IMG/VR virus record: IMGVR_UViG_3300028048_001497
Span: 32,001-96,000 of that record
Origin: a virus
Taxonomy: Duplodnaviria > Caudoviricetes
DNA: 64,000 nt
Direction: 5' to 3' (one strand)
The notes beneath the pieces were generated by a model. The model ran no database searches, had not been told where the DNA came from, and saw only the letters and a list, made by a program, of their open reading frames with translations. The position numbers and the translations under genes were made by a program. Shown in pieces: positions 29,095 to 39,530 of the stretch. The number at the start of each line of letters is the position of its first letter. The first letter of the stretch is position 1.

Positions 29095-29323
29095 GTTTTT
29101 GTTGAAGTTTTGTTTGATATAATGAAAGAAAAAATGGAGATTGTTTTGTGATTGCTCGTAAGGGACAAGGCTATGTAGACAAATACATCAAACCCAAGAA
29201 AAGGAAAACCAAAAAATTTGCTACGATTTTATTTTACGGTAATGTTTTAAACGCATTATCCTATTTTTTATTTAGAATAAATAGAAAAATATCATTTTAT
29301 ATATAAAAAGGTTGTGTAAATAT

Positions 29324-30796
29324 ATGAATATTGTTTTAAAACAACTTAATACAATGTTTCCGAAACGCCAAAAGAATATTGTATTATCCATGATTCAAAG
29401 AATTGGAAGATGGTCAGATAGTACAAAAACTTCAATGATACCAGAAGGGGAAGAAGTTACAGATTATATTGCTTTAAATACAATTGTTTCGCAAGGTGGG
29501 TATACTCCATTATCAGGAAATTTTGGTAGTACATATTTGGCAATACATCCATGTGATATTGAAAAAGTTGATATTGGAGATTTACCAACATTGTTTGATA
29601 AAGATTTGGCTTTTTTTATTGACCAAATTCCAAAATTAAAGCAGTTATCTAAAAAAATTCATGATGATATTCAAGACATTTTGAAAAAGCATAAAAGGTT
29701 TAAAGACTGGAAAGTTACTGATGAAAAATTAGTTCCACTTGATGTTAATAACGCAAAAAAAGGGATTGGTTTTCATATTGATTCTCCAAAAAATGATTTA
29801 GAGATACCTGATGATAGGCGTGTTGTTTTTTGTTATGGTAACGTAAAAGTATATACTTTTCAACTTTTAAAAAATGAAGGGACTGCCCAAGATAAACAAT
29901 TAAAGGCAACAAATGATACAATTAAGATTATTGATAATCAAAGTTTGAACCTTCGTATTGATAATAAAGATAAAGAAGAAATGGAAACAGAGGAATCTGA
30001 TGACGAAAATAGATTGCAGAAAAATCGTGGGTATAATGTAAGTCATGATAATGTGCCAAAAGTTGGAGACGGAAGGGTAACTGGAGTTCTTCAATATGTA
30101 TTCGGAAATGAAAAAAATCCATATTCAAATGGAAATGCTGATAAACAATTTGAAAAATTGGAAAAAGAATGTAAATATGTTGCTGATATACCTCAACATA
30201 TAGATGAATGTTTCCCTGATGTCGGTGTTGATGCATTTGTTAATACATTGAAAAGAAATAAAACAAATAACAAAGTTTCAAAAGCAACAAGAGATTTTCT
30301 TTTTAAAGAATTAAATGAAGATAAAGAGATTCAAAAAGATAGTGCTGAGTATAAGAAAATGAAAGAAAAAATTAATAAGGTACTAGATGGATTTAATAGA
30401 GATGCACAAGCATATATGTTCGCAATTAAAAATGGATATTCATCTGCAAATGAAATGCAAGAAAAAGCAGTTGAAAAAACAGAACAAATAGAAAATATTA
30501 TTAATCAAGTGCTGGATGGATTACAAAATCATACAATTAAATGGTATACTCCAGGTGTAGAATCTGCATTTAATTGTTTGGAACAATTTAAGAGAATTAA
30601 TAAAAATAATGGCGCAAATGATACAATAGATAAAGAATTAAAAGAAACAGTTAAAGGTACTGCAAAAGCAGCAGGAGTGTATATGACTTGTTATTTTGTA
30701 GGACTAATAGATAGTGTACCAAATTTCGTTTCTATATCAGCAGATGAATTACAAAAGAACTTTGAAAATGCTTTGGCAACGGCAAACAAAGAATAA
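29324..30796 (+). CDS. hypothetical protein (~490 aa)
   Basis: Long ORF; preceded by the TATTT-N6-TAGA motif. Confidence 0.75.
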   Translation: MNIVLKQLNTMFPKRQKNIVLSMIQRIGRWSDSTKTSMIPEGEEVTDYIALNTIVSQGGYTPLSGNFGSTYLAIHPCDIEKVDIGDLPTLFDKDLAFFIDQIPKLKQLSKKIHDDIQDILKKHKRFKDWKVTDEKLVPLDVNNAKKGIGFHIDSPKNDLEIPDDRRVVFCYGNVKVYTFQLLKNEGTAQDKQLKATNDTIKIIDNQSLNLRIDNKDKEEMETEESDDENRLQKNRGYNVSHDNVPKVGDGRVTGVLQYVFGNEKNPYSNGNADKQFEKLEKECKYVADIPQHIDECFPDVGVDAFVNTLKRNKTNNKVSKATRDFLFKELNEDKEIQKDSAEYKKMKEKINKVLDGFNRDAQAYMFAIKNGYSSANEMQEKAVEKTEQIENIINQVLDGLQNHTIKWYTPGVESAFNCLEQFKRINKNNGANDTIDKELKETVKGTAKAAGVYMTCYFVGLIDSVPNFVSISADELQKNFENALATANKE

Positions 30797-30799
30797 TTA

Positions 30800-30833
30800 A
30801 AAAAGACTTTAGGAAAAACCTAAAGTCTTTTTT
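30800..30833. terminator. bidirectional terminator between convergent genes
   Basis: aaaaagactttagg-aaaaa-cctaaagtcttttt. Confidence 0.85.
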
Positions 30834-31548
30834 AATTCAATAATTTATTTAAAGTATCTGAATTGACACGTGGATAATAAATTAAGTGCCATGAACCTGT
30901 TTTTACATCTTTTACAGATACTAATTCGTCTTTTTCATAATCAAATTCATAATTATCATCATCTTGAATTTGGTGTAGAATCTCATTTAAGCAATCGGTA
31001 TAGTCTGCTTCTAAATCTGAAATTCTTTGTTTCATATAATTGTGTTTTTCTTCTACGTTTAAGCAAGAACGAATGATATTGTTTAATGAATTTTTTTGTT
31101 TGGCATTAATCTGGCATTTATATTCTGGTTTCCCTAAATTTTTAATTAGAAAATTAACCATTTTATGATAGTTTTTACTATCTTGTTGTGCTAATTCATC
31201 TATATCCATAAAATCCATATTATACATTTCTTCAAATTCTTGGTCAAAATCGTATGTATCGTTTACATAATCCTCGTATCTTTGTTTCGCTCGTTTTAAA
31301 TCTTTTTCTTTATAGAAATAAATGGTGTCTTTTTCTATAATGAAAGAATGTTTTTTTGAAGAATACTTATTGAAAAATTCGTTTTTGCAATATAGAGTTA
31401 AACGGTTATATAGAATATCTAATTCGCCTTTAATTTCCTCGATTTTTTTACTAGCTTTAGAATGTTGTCGTACAAGTTCTGCAAAATCCCTTGCCATATC
31501 ATCATAAGAAGAGTCCAATTTTATATATTCAACGTCTTTTTCTTTCAT
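30832..31548 (-). CDS. hypothetical coiled-coil protein
   Basis: The only credible non-IS minus-strand gene; GAAGGA RBS and TATAAT upstream on the minus strand. Confidence 0.7.
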   Translation of the reverse strand: MKEKDVEYIKLDSSYDDMARDFAELVRQHSKASKKIEEIKGELDILYNRLTLYCKNEFFNKYSSKKHSFIIEKDTIYFYKEKDLKRAKQRYEDYVNDTYDFDQEFEEMYNMDFMDIDELAQQDSKNYHKMVNFLIKNLGKPEYKCQINAKQKNSLNNIIRSCLNVEEKHNYMKQRISDLEADYTDCLNEILHQIQDDDNYEFDYEKDELVSVKDVKTGSWHLIYYPRVNSDTLNKLLN

Positions 31549-31700
31549 AATTATTTATCCTTCCGAAAATTTTTAACAATTTATTATAGAAAATCGTTAT
31601 TATTTACATCAAGGTGTTTATTTTTTTAGTAGAGTTATAAAATATTTGTTCTAAAAACAAAATAATTTTAGTATAAAAAAATAGAAGGATGTGACTTCCA

Positions 31701-32243
31701 TTGAAACGAATGGAAAAAGTTAATAAACTTTTGGATGTAATGGAACAAAAATATCCTGAAATCTATAAACATTCTGAACGTGTAGCCATGTTATGTTATG
31801 AATTTGGCAAAAAGTTTGATATAGATGGAGTGGATAGGGAAACATTATATATTGCAGGTTTTCTGCATGAAGTAGGTAAATGTAATTTTGATAAAGAAAT
31901 TACAATAGGAAAAGAAAAATATGATTTGGATAACGTCTATCCATTGTTTTCAAAAGCGGTTATTTGTAATTTAGGTGATTATGATAGAATTGCAGATATT
32001 GTTTCACAACATATGGAAAATTTAGATGGTAGTGGTTATCCTAGTGGATTAGATGTCAACAATATCCATTTGTATTCCATTATGATACATTTATGCGATT
32101 TTTATGATAGTTGTCGTATGAATGGCGATTCACATAATACTGCAACAACAAAGATTCGTAAGCAAACAGATGTTATGTTCCCAAAAAAGATGATTACACC
32201 ATTTATTAAAATGCTCGTAACGGATGATTTAGACTTGTGGTGA
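31701..32243 (+). CDS. HD-GYP domain protein (degenerate HD dyad)
   Basis: HSERVA, FLHEVGK (HD changed to HE), QHMENLDGSGYPSGL, CDFYD. Confidence 0.85.
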   Translation: MKRMEKVNKLLDVMEQKYPEIYKHSERVAMLCYEFGKKFDIDGVDRETLYIAGFLHEVGKCNFDKEITIGKEKYDLDNVYPLFSKAVICNLGDYDRIADIVSQHMENLDGSGYPSGLDVNNIHLYSIMIHLCDFYDSCRMNGDSHNTATTKIRKQTDVMFPKKMITPFIKMLVTDDLDLW

Positions 32244-32247
32244 TGAT

Positions 32248-32481
32248 ATGACAGGAAAAATTATAGGTCATATGAAAAAATTAGGATATAGATATTTTAA
32301 AGACCCATTAGGTCATTATTTTGATAAGGGAGATACACGTTTATCAGTAATGATGTCTGGACCAGTTTGGAATTGTTATTGTAATAAAATGATAAATGGT
32401 CAATTTCAATTGCAGGATAAACAAATTAATCTTATTAATGATGATTTCGTTTATCGTTGGTTGTTATTACATATTAATTAA
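32248..32481 (+). CDS. hypothetical protein
   Basis: ORF with GGTG RBS; followed by a terminator. Confidence 0.55.
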   Translation: MTGKIIGHMKKLGYRYFKDPLGHYFDKGDTRLSVMMSGPVWNCYCNKMINGQFQLQDKQINLINDDFVYRWLLLHIN

Positions 32482-32483
32482 CA

Positions 32484-32515
32484 AAAAGGACGTATATTAA
32501 ATTGTACGTCCTTTT
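32484..32515 (+). terminator. intrinsic terminator
   Basis: aaaaggacgta...tacgtcctttt. Confidence 0.7.
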
Positions 32516-32554
32516 ATTTAATATGTAGAGAAATTATTGCGGAGGAAATAAATT

Positions 32555-32848
32555 ATGTTAATAGATTTTAAAGTAGAAGAAGATGAATATGGATATTATG
32601 TTGTAGCTTATCGTATGGTTGGTGGCGTAGAGATACAATTTAATACAAATAAAACATTGGCTATGACATTAAATCTATTACCAGAAGATATTAAATATTT
32701 TTTGTTTGAACAGTATCATTCAGACGAAAAATCTAAAAACGATAGGATGCATTTTCAAGATTATGATTTGGCAGTTGATTGTGCAGATGGATTACGTGAT
32801 TTAATTCCTAAAGCGATTGCAACAGGAAATTTGCATTTAGCAGAATAA
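32555..32848 (+). CDS. hypothetical protein
   Basis: GGAGG RBS; upstream TATTT-N6-TAGA. Confidence 0.65.
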   Translation: MLIDFKVEEDEYGYYVVAYRMVGGVEIQFNTNKTLAMTLNLLPEDIKYFLFEQYHSDEKSKNDRMHFQDYDLAVDCADGLRDLIPKAIATGNLHLAE

Positions 32849-32857
32849 GGTGATAAA

Positions 32858-35590
32858 ATGGTAAATCGTGATATAGTATTCTCTTTTGATGAAAATAAAT
32901 ATGAACACCTTATGGAAGATATAAAAGATGTTTGGGTCGCTAGGGAATATATATATAATTTTACATTTAATTTTACTGTTAATAATTTAGAAGCACCGAT
33001 TAATAATATTATTATTTATAAAAATGGTGAGGTTTATAAAGATTATAAAATTAATCAGCGTTCTAGCATTAAATATGAGATTAAAGATGATAACTGGTTG
33101 GGTTTTGGTAATTACAATTATGCAGTAGAATTAATTCTTGAAGGTGGAAGAACTTTTAAGAATGATTTTTATTTTAAAATTGTTTATTCAAATGTACTAG
33201 ATGATATAAAGGTAAGAAGTTTTTCAACATATGGTTTACATGAAAATTATTCTTATTTAGATATTATCCTAAATCTTCAAACAGAATATCAAATAGATAA
33301 AATCTTGCTTTATACGCATATATTACCATTAACTGAAATAGATGAACATAGCAGAATATCGAAAGAATCATTAACTAATAACCATTATGATAGTGTGGAT
33401 ATTAAATGGAGTTATTTAGGAACGATGGAAATAAAAGATTATCAATATTTTTATCGTCAGTTACTTTTTGATACCACACTAAAAGAAGTTAGAACTGTGT
33501 TATATAAAGCAGTAATTATAACCACAAATGGAATAACAAAACCTGTTATTATGTCCACTTTGATTCAACCAAATTCATTGTCGTTAAATCAAATATCATA
33601 TATAAATGCAGATACAGATGAACAATATGGCATATATGGCGGTATTGTTGGAAAAATTGATAACAATTTAGATAATAATGCAGATGTAAATTTGGTTAAT
33701 CCTGAATATAATGGTAAAATATTTGAAATGGTAATAGATAAACGAGATAAATATAAGAATTTTATTGAAATAAAAGTAGACAATTATCTATTCCATGCAG
33801 AAAAATTTTCTACAGAATATTTAAGAAAAAAGTTTAGAAAACACGCAACCAATAAAAATCCAAACTCTTTTGTATTTAAAGGAAAAGGAATTATTACTAA
33901 AGTAATTGATGAATATAGGAATATTGTTCACAAAGATACATGTACATTCGTTATTTCGTTGTATTGTGGTGATGATATATTTACTTCTTTTACAATTCAA
34001 CCACAACATGATAATACATTGGCTTTAAGCACAAGAAAAACAGGAAATAGTATCGTTAAGTATAGTAAAGATAAAACAAATATTACATTTGATTCAACGT
34101 ATATAGATAAAACAGTTGATGCAGATGCTTTAACAGGGTATTTTACTTTGAATAAAAAGAAAAATGAGTTGACATTTAATTATCCAACATCAGACTATAC
34201 TTCAGAAACAATACCGTCTATATCAAAAATGCCTGTTCCAATTGGCACGCTTAACGAAAAATATTTTCAATACGATTATGTAACATATAATGATACGTAT
34301 TTCTTCTTTGTTGATTTTGATGAATTTGGAATACATTTAGTTCAATATGATGGAATTAATTATGATAAGTTCGATTATGACGTTCGTTTAACAGAGGAAA
34401 CGCTACAATATGTACGTACACATGATATTGGTTGCTTTGACAAAAAAGATAATCTAACATTAAAATTTTTAAATTTTGATGGGAAAAGCATATTGCAGAA
34501 AGTTATGGTAGAGAATTATGAACTATCTGTTATTAATTGTAATGATATGGTAACAAACATTTATGGTTCTTTAAGAACAAAACTTGTTGCATATATACAA
34601 GATATACCAGATATAATTGTTGATGGAGTTACATATGAATTAAAATACAATACAAAGTCTGCTTATAAAACGATTAGCTATGGCTTTGTTGATATGGGTT
34701 ATACAGATTTTAATTTGAAATTTTCTGCGCAAATGTTTTCATATAAAATAAAAATTCCAATTATTGCTAAATTTAATAATTCAAGTACAAATGTTAATGT
34801 TAGATTTAATGCAGATATGGAAGTTACTTGTAGGGAAGATTGTTTAATATATGATGATAATTTTTCTGAAGGAAATCCGAGATATGATATAGATATAGAC
34901 AATGTAAATGTTACATATCATGCGAAGGATAATGGATTGAATTTAATTCCGCAGACAGGTTATGAAAGTCTGAATGATAGATTTTTTGTTAAAGTTTCAA
35001 AACCGTATAAAACAAAGTCAATAGATGACTATGCAATTTTTAGAAATTGTAATTTATATTATGGGAGTATAAATTTATATGCTCCAAAACCACAAGATTT
35101 TTATGGTAATACAGATAAAAGAACATCATTTACATATAAAGATTTGTGTAGAGCGAGAGTATATGAAATTAACGAAAATATTTATATTATATTGAATCGT
35201 GTGAACGGTAAATTAATTAGAACGACTGTAAATGTGCTATTGAAAAAACAAATAGGACAAGAAATTATAGATACAGATGTATATTATAATGATTTGTATA
35301 CTTATTCTCAAAAGCAGTTACAATCATTTGATATGTTACTAAGTAAAGCATATTTGTACGATACAGTTGAAAGAGACATGTATATATTTTCAATAAGCGA
35401 TTTTGATAAGTTGTATTGCGGTGGCTATGATAATGTATATCATCAAATGCAATCCATTACAAGTCTTAGTGGAATTGTTAATGATGATAGAAAAGGATAT
35501 GCATTTAAATATTCATATCAATATCCGTTAAATATTAAAAATAGAAATCTGTATTTAAATGATATGGTGATTAACGAAAAAGGTGAATAA
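32858..35590 (+). CDS. large Y/N/D-rich beta-type protein, possible virion protein
   Basis: 910 aa ORF; composition typical of beta-rich structural proteins; no catalytic motif seen. Confidence 0.55.
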   Translation: MVNRDIVFSFDENKYEHLMEDIKDVWVAREYIYNFTFNFTVNNLEAPINNIIIYKNGEVYKDYKINQRSSIKYEIKDDNWLGFGNYNYAVELILEGGRTFKNDFYFKIVYSNVLDDIKVRSFSTYGLHENYSYLDIILNLQTEYQIDKILLYTHILPLTEIDEHSRISKESLTNNHYDSVDIKWSYLGTMEIKDYQYFYRQLLFDTTLKEVRTVLYKAVIITTNGITKPVIMSTLIQPNSLSLNQISYINADTDEQYGIYGGIVGKIDNNLDNNADVNLVNPEYNGKIFEMVIDKRDKYKNFIEIKVDNYLFHAEKFSTEYLRKKFRKHATNKNPNSFVFKGKGIITKVIDEYRNIVHKDTCTFVISLYCGDDIFTSFTIQPQHDNTLALSTRKTGNSIVKYSKDKTNITFDSTYIDKTVDADALTGYFTLNKKKNELTFNYPTSDYTSETIPSISKMPVPIGTLNEKYFQYDYVTYNDTYFFFVDFDEFGIHLVQYDGINYDKFDYDVRLTEETLQYVRTHDIGCFDKKDNLTLKFLNFDGKSILQKVMVENYELSVINCNDMVTNIYGSLRTKLVAYIQDIPDIIVDGVTYELKYNTKSAYKTISYGFVDMGYTDFNLKFSAQMFSYKIKIPIIAKFNNSSTNVNVRFNADMEVTCREDCLIYDDNFSEGNPRYDIDIDNVNVTYHAKDNGLNLIPQTGYESLNDRFFVKVSKPYKTKSIDDYAIFRNCNLYYGSINLYAPKPQDFYGNTDKRTSFTYKDLCRARVYEINENIYIILNRVNGKLIRTTVNVLLKKQIGQEIIDTDVYYNDLYTYSQKQLQSFDMLLSKAYLYDTVERDMYIFSISDFDKLYCGGYDNVYHQMQSITSLSGIVNDDRKGYAFKYSYQYPLNIKNRNLYLNDMVINEKGE

Positions 35591-35594
35591 AAAT

Positions 35595-35627
35595 AAAAAG
35601 TAGTATAATATAAATATACTACTTTTT
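35595..35627 (+). terminator. terminator hairpin containing a TATAAT box
   Basis: aaaaagtagtata...tatactacttttt. Confidence 0.6.
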
Positions 35628-35643
35628 ATGGAGCGAAAATATA

Positions 35644-36696
35644 ATGAAACATGTTTTACAAATTCATATGACAAATCAATGTAATTTGAAATGTCCATAT
35701 TGTTATATTCATCAGAATGATAAAAAAATAAGTTTGGATGGATTAAAAAAACAAATTGAGCATATACAAGAATTATCTTTGAGAATTGATGAATTTTTTG
35801 ATGGTGAATATGATGTAACATATTTTGGAGGAGAACCGTTAATTGAATATAACAATATTTTGTTGTTTGATAAATATTTAAAAGAAAATTTAAATATTGT
35901 ACATAGTTTTATTCAAACAAATGGCATTTTATTAAATCAAAATATAAAAAATGAATTAGGCAAAAGAAATATTCATGTTGGGATTAGTTGTGATGGTTGT
36001 GATGATAAGAATCATAAATACATAGAACAATTATATAAAAATAAAATTGTTGAAATGAATCCAAAAATGATGGTAAGTAATTATAATGTATCTGATTTGA
36101 TGAAGAATATTGTCTATTTTTATAAATTGGCTATGAATAATCAAATAGATAATTTTTATATAGATGTATCGTTTGTTAAAGATAACATTTGGGATGAAAA
36201 ATCATTAGGTATATTAAAACAACAATTGAATAGTTTGTATGATTTTATTGTTATGAATTATGACAGTTATCATAGATGGATTTATATAGGATTTGTAGAG
36301 AAGATATTGCAAAATATAAAGAATGGAAAAAGAAATTATGTTTGTTTTGCTGGCAGTAGTGGTTTTAGTTTAACTCCTGAAGGTATTATTTATCCTTGTT
36401 CTAGGTTTTATACAAATCATGAATATCCATTGTTTGATAGTAATAAAAATTTATTTTTTGAAGATAATATACAATTTATAAAATCTATGAATACAACAGT
36501 TGATGATAAATGTAATAAATGTGTTTTGAATCAATTTTGTAATCATGGATGTTTATATTCCCAAATTAAAAATGATGGAATTGTAGATGGATATTGCGAA
36601 GTATTAAAAATGTGTTTTCATATGGTAACAGATTTATATAAATATATGAAAAATAAATACAATATAAATATATTAGAAAGGGTGAATGGTAATTGA
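35644..36696 (+). CDS. radical SAM/SPASM enzyme (cassette 2, A)
   Basis: CNLKCPYC, FGGEP, QTNG; CFAG..YPC..CNKCVLNQFCNHGC..YC. Confidence 0.92.
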   Translation: MKHVLQIHMTNQCNLKCPYCYIHQNDKKISLDGLKKQIEHIQELSLRIDEFFDGEYDVTYFGGEPLIEYNNILLFDKYLKENLNIVHSFIQTNGILLNQNIKNELGKRNIHVGISCDGCDDKNHKYIEQLYKNKIVEMNPKMMVSNYNVSDLMKNIVYFYKLAMNNQIDNFYIDVSFVKDNIWDEKSLGILKQQLNSLYDFIVMNYDSYHRWIYIGFVEKILQNIKNGKRNYVCFAGSSGFSLTPEGIIYPCSRFYTNHEYPLFDSNKNLFFEDNIQFIKSMNTTVDDKCNKCVLNQFCNHGCLYSQIKNDGIVDGYCEVLKMCFHMVTDLYKYMKNKYNINILERVNGN

Positions 36697-37757
36697 GAAC
36701 ACCAATGGCGGTTTCTATTAATATGGGAAGTGCTTGTAATTTTCGTTGCAAATATTGTTTTGAAGTAAAAAATGGTGCAGTAGAAAAGAATGAAAGTATT
36801 CCTGAAAAAGTATTTAATCGAATTTTAGATGTTTTACATGAATTGGCAGATATAAATGATTTGCGAATTGAATTTTGGGGTGGAGAACCAACAGTATATT
36901 TTAAAGATATAAAACGAATTATATCAGAATTTTATGATAATGAAAATGTAAATTTCTTTATGTATACAAATGGTTCATTGGTACAATCGTTCAAAGATGA
37001 TTTGCTTGGAATAAAAAGTCATGTTAATGATAGGCTTCAAATACAAGTATCATATGACTATCAAAATATAGAAAACAATCAACGTTTGCAATTAAATCAT
37101 AGCATTGAAGAAACAGATAAAATGGTTCGAGAAGCAATTAAATGGTTGGATAAAAATAATTTTCATTTTGGTACAAAGTCAACATGTACAATGAAAGATT
37201 TGGAAGAACATTTATTTGAACAATATTTGAACTATGAGGATTTAAATAGGGAATTGAAACATAAAATTCCATTTGCTTTAACTCCTGATACATTAAATGT
37301 TGGTGATATTGATTATGATAAAATGAATTGTCAATTTGTAAAACTAATTCGCTATTTTTTAAAGAATAAAGAGTATGGACAAACAGGTTTTTTGTGGTTT
37401 GACCAGCCAAATAGTAATGCGGATTGTTCTGGTGGACATAATTCATTTCAAATAGATACAAATGGTGATGTATCATATTGTCATGGATGTTTGTATGGGA
37501 AAAAAGATTTAGTATATACAAATATTTTTGAAGATAATTTTTTGCATAAAGTAGATTGTAACTATTTAGTTGCAAATAATATGTTTAAAAAGAATGAACA
37601 ATGTTCAAAATGTGAATCGTTGTTTTGCTTTAGATGTAATGCAATAAATAGCAAAGGCAAAAAGGAAAATTGGAACAAGTCAAATAATCCTAAAGTTTGT
37701 AAGTTGTATAATAAAATCTCTGATTACATTAGAGCTTATTTTAAGCTAACTCATTGA
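36693..37757 (+). CDS. radical SAM/SPASM-like enzyme (cassette 2, B)
   Basis: CNFRCKYC, WGGEP, YTNG; CSGG..YCHGC..CSKCESLFCFRCNA..VC. Confidence 0.9.
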   Translation: MRTPMAVSINMGSACNFRCKYCFEVKNGAVEKNESIPEKVFNRILDVLHELADINDLRIEFWGGEPTVYFKDIKRIISEFYDNENVNFFMYTNGSLVQSFKDDLLGIKSHVNDRLQIQVSYDYQNIENNQRLQLNHSIEETDKMVREAIKWLDKNNFHFGTKSTCTMKDLEEHLFEQYLNYEDLNRELKHKIPFALTPDTLNVGDIDYDKMNCQFVKLIRYFLKNKEYGQTGFLWFDQPNSNADCSGGHNSFQIDTNGDVSYCHGCLYGKKDLVYTNIFEDNFLHKVDCNYLVANNMFKKNEQCSKCESLFCFRCNAINSKGKKENWNKSNNPKVCKLYNKISDYIRAYFKLTH

Positions 37758-37829
37758 TATTTATTATATAGTAGTATGAAAATTTTTAAATTTTTAATAT
37801 AAAAATAATTATTAATGGAGTTGATATAG

Positions 37830-39242
37830 ATGTCTGAAGTACAAACTATGGATAAATACGTAGAAGGATTTTATCAGATTATTAAAGATTCGGACGTAGT
37901 TGGTGGAACATCCAGATTTCCAATTTGTAAACCATATCAAAGTGAAGATGGAGCTATTGGTGATAAAAACCATGTTTTTTCTACAAGTGTATGGAATGAT
38001 TTTGGCGATTCTGAAAAGAATTGGTTATCTGCAAATAACTATCAAAATCGCTCTACGAAATTACGTGAAGATTTTACAGATAATCCAATAACAAATAATG
38101 AATGGAACGCATTACTTGTTAAAATACGTGAAGAATTTATGATACGTAATAATTTCTTGTCAAATTATGGTAGTTTAAAACCACGTATTAATAACATGTA
38201 TATACAGAATGGTCATCAGGGGTATTTTGCAACAGGTGATACAATTAGGCAAGATGATATATCACGTATCTTTGATGATATATTAACATTGTTGAGTATT
38301 GAAGTTCCTTCTGTTGCGCGGTCAGGAAGTTCGGTTAATAACCGTTTACCATTAAATACTTTATCTTCGGATGTTGCAAAAACAATAGATGTAGCACAAT
38401 CAAATGGGTCATATACAAAAGTAAAAGTTGAACCACACAACGTAGATTTTGCACAACTAGCTTATAATTTAAATGCTTATGATATAAACGAAGGTTCTCA
38501 TAAAGGAAATAACTGGTTTACTGGTTCACATATGCGTGAATATGTATATCGTCATTCAGGTATTAGAACGGAAGAAACAAGTTCTGTCGATGGTACAGTA
38601 AATAATGGTATTGTTCCTACACATGAACCAACAGATTTGACAACAAGTACAACATACGGTTATGCTGAAGAACCCCCTAGAAATAATAGTACTAGTTCTC
38701 AATTAATTACACATCGTAGACCATTTGGTAATATTGATTATGTAAAATTGGTAAAAGATGGTTCTTTGAAAAAGCCAATTATTGATGGCGATGGATATGT
38801 TGTTTCTGATGAATATATGGAAATGGTGCATACTCGTTGGGCATTTTTGGGTTCAGTTGCCAATGCAGGAAAAATTAGTCCAATGTATGTAAAACATATT
38901 ATAGGGACAAGAGAAATAGTTGTTAAAGATAAAGACGGAAATGTTATGAAAGATACATATGGCAATCCAATTAAACAAATAGAAACAAAAGATTTTTCTG
39001 CTGATACTAACATAACAGTTCCAGACTTCTGTAAGAATCCATTATCAATTACGCATGGAGAATATACATTAAATATAGCTGCATCTAATGTTGCTACATA
39101 TTTTATGAAAGTTATGAATTTAATTTCATCTAAATGTGTATGTAATTGCAACTTTTGTTCTTGCTTTGGTCATGAAGCTGCGTGTGCTTGCTATGTTGTA
39201 AAAGTAACAGGTTGGTGCTATACATATCAGTATATTCTTTAA
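37830..39242 (+). CDS. fibre-like protein with Cys-rich C-terminus, candidate radical SAM substrate
   Basis: S/T/N/G-rich body; ends KCVCNCNFCSCFGHEAACACYVVKVTGWCY (8 Cys). Confidence 0.7.
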   Translation: MSEVQTMDKYVEGFYQIIKDSDVVGGTSRFPICKPYQSEDGAIGDKNHVFSTSVWNDFGDSEKNWLSANNYQNRSTKLREDFTDNPITNNEWNALLVKIREEFMIRNNFLSNYGSLKPRINNMYIQNGHQGYFATGDTIRQDDISRIFDDILTLLSIEVPSVARSGSSVNNRLPLNTLSSDVAKTIDVAQSNGSYTKVKVEPHNVDFAQLAYNLNAYDINEGSHKGNNWFTGSHMREYVYRHSGIRTEETSSVDGTVNNGIVPTHEPTDLTTSTTYGYAEEPPRNNSTSSQLITHRRPFGNIDYVKLVKDGSLKKPIIDGDGYVVSDEYMEMVHTRWAFLGSVANAGKISPMYVKHIIGTREIVVKDKDGNVMKDTYGNPIKQIETKDFSADTNITVPDFCKNPLSITHGEYTLNIAASNVATYFMKVMNLISSKCVCNCNFCSCFGHEAACACYVVKVTGWCYTYQYIL

Positions 39243-39260
39243 TGGAAAGGAATTTTAACT

Positions 39261-39530
39261 TTGTTAAAAGAACAAACAAAAGAAGAAAGACAAAAAATGA
39301 TGGAATTTATGCTAACAGAACATAAATTCCTAGAATTAAACAGACAAATGATTTATCCTATAGATAAAGTTGCATATCAAGCAATTAATAATATTTTATC
39401 TATGTCAATGATTAGTATGGGAAGAAAATACGGACTTGACTATGATGAAAATGTTCAACTAAAAGAAGAAAAACAAGATAAAAATATAGATAGTATTATT
39501 GATGAAATAAATAAGGGGACAGAAGAATAA
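39261..39530 (+). CDS. hypothetical protein
   Basis: TTG start after GAAAGGA; coupled to the next gene. Confidence 0.6.
   Translation: MLKEQTKEERQKMMEFMLTEHKFLELNRQMIYPIDKVAYQAINNILSMSMISMGRKYGLDYDENVQLKEEKQDKNIDSIIDEINKGTEE

Noticed and set aside
28999-29151. Trp-Trp leader peptide attenuator
   Set aside because: The WW codons are just the 3' arm of a terminator hairpin; no amino-acid pathway lies downstream, and a 1-nt indel would end the ORF before the hairpin.
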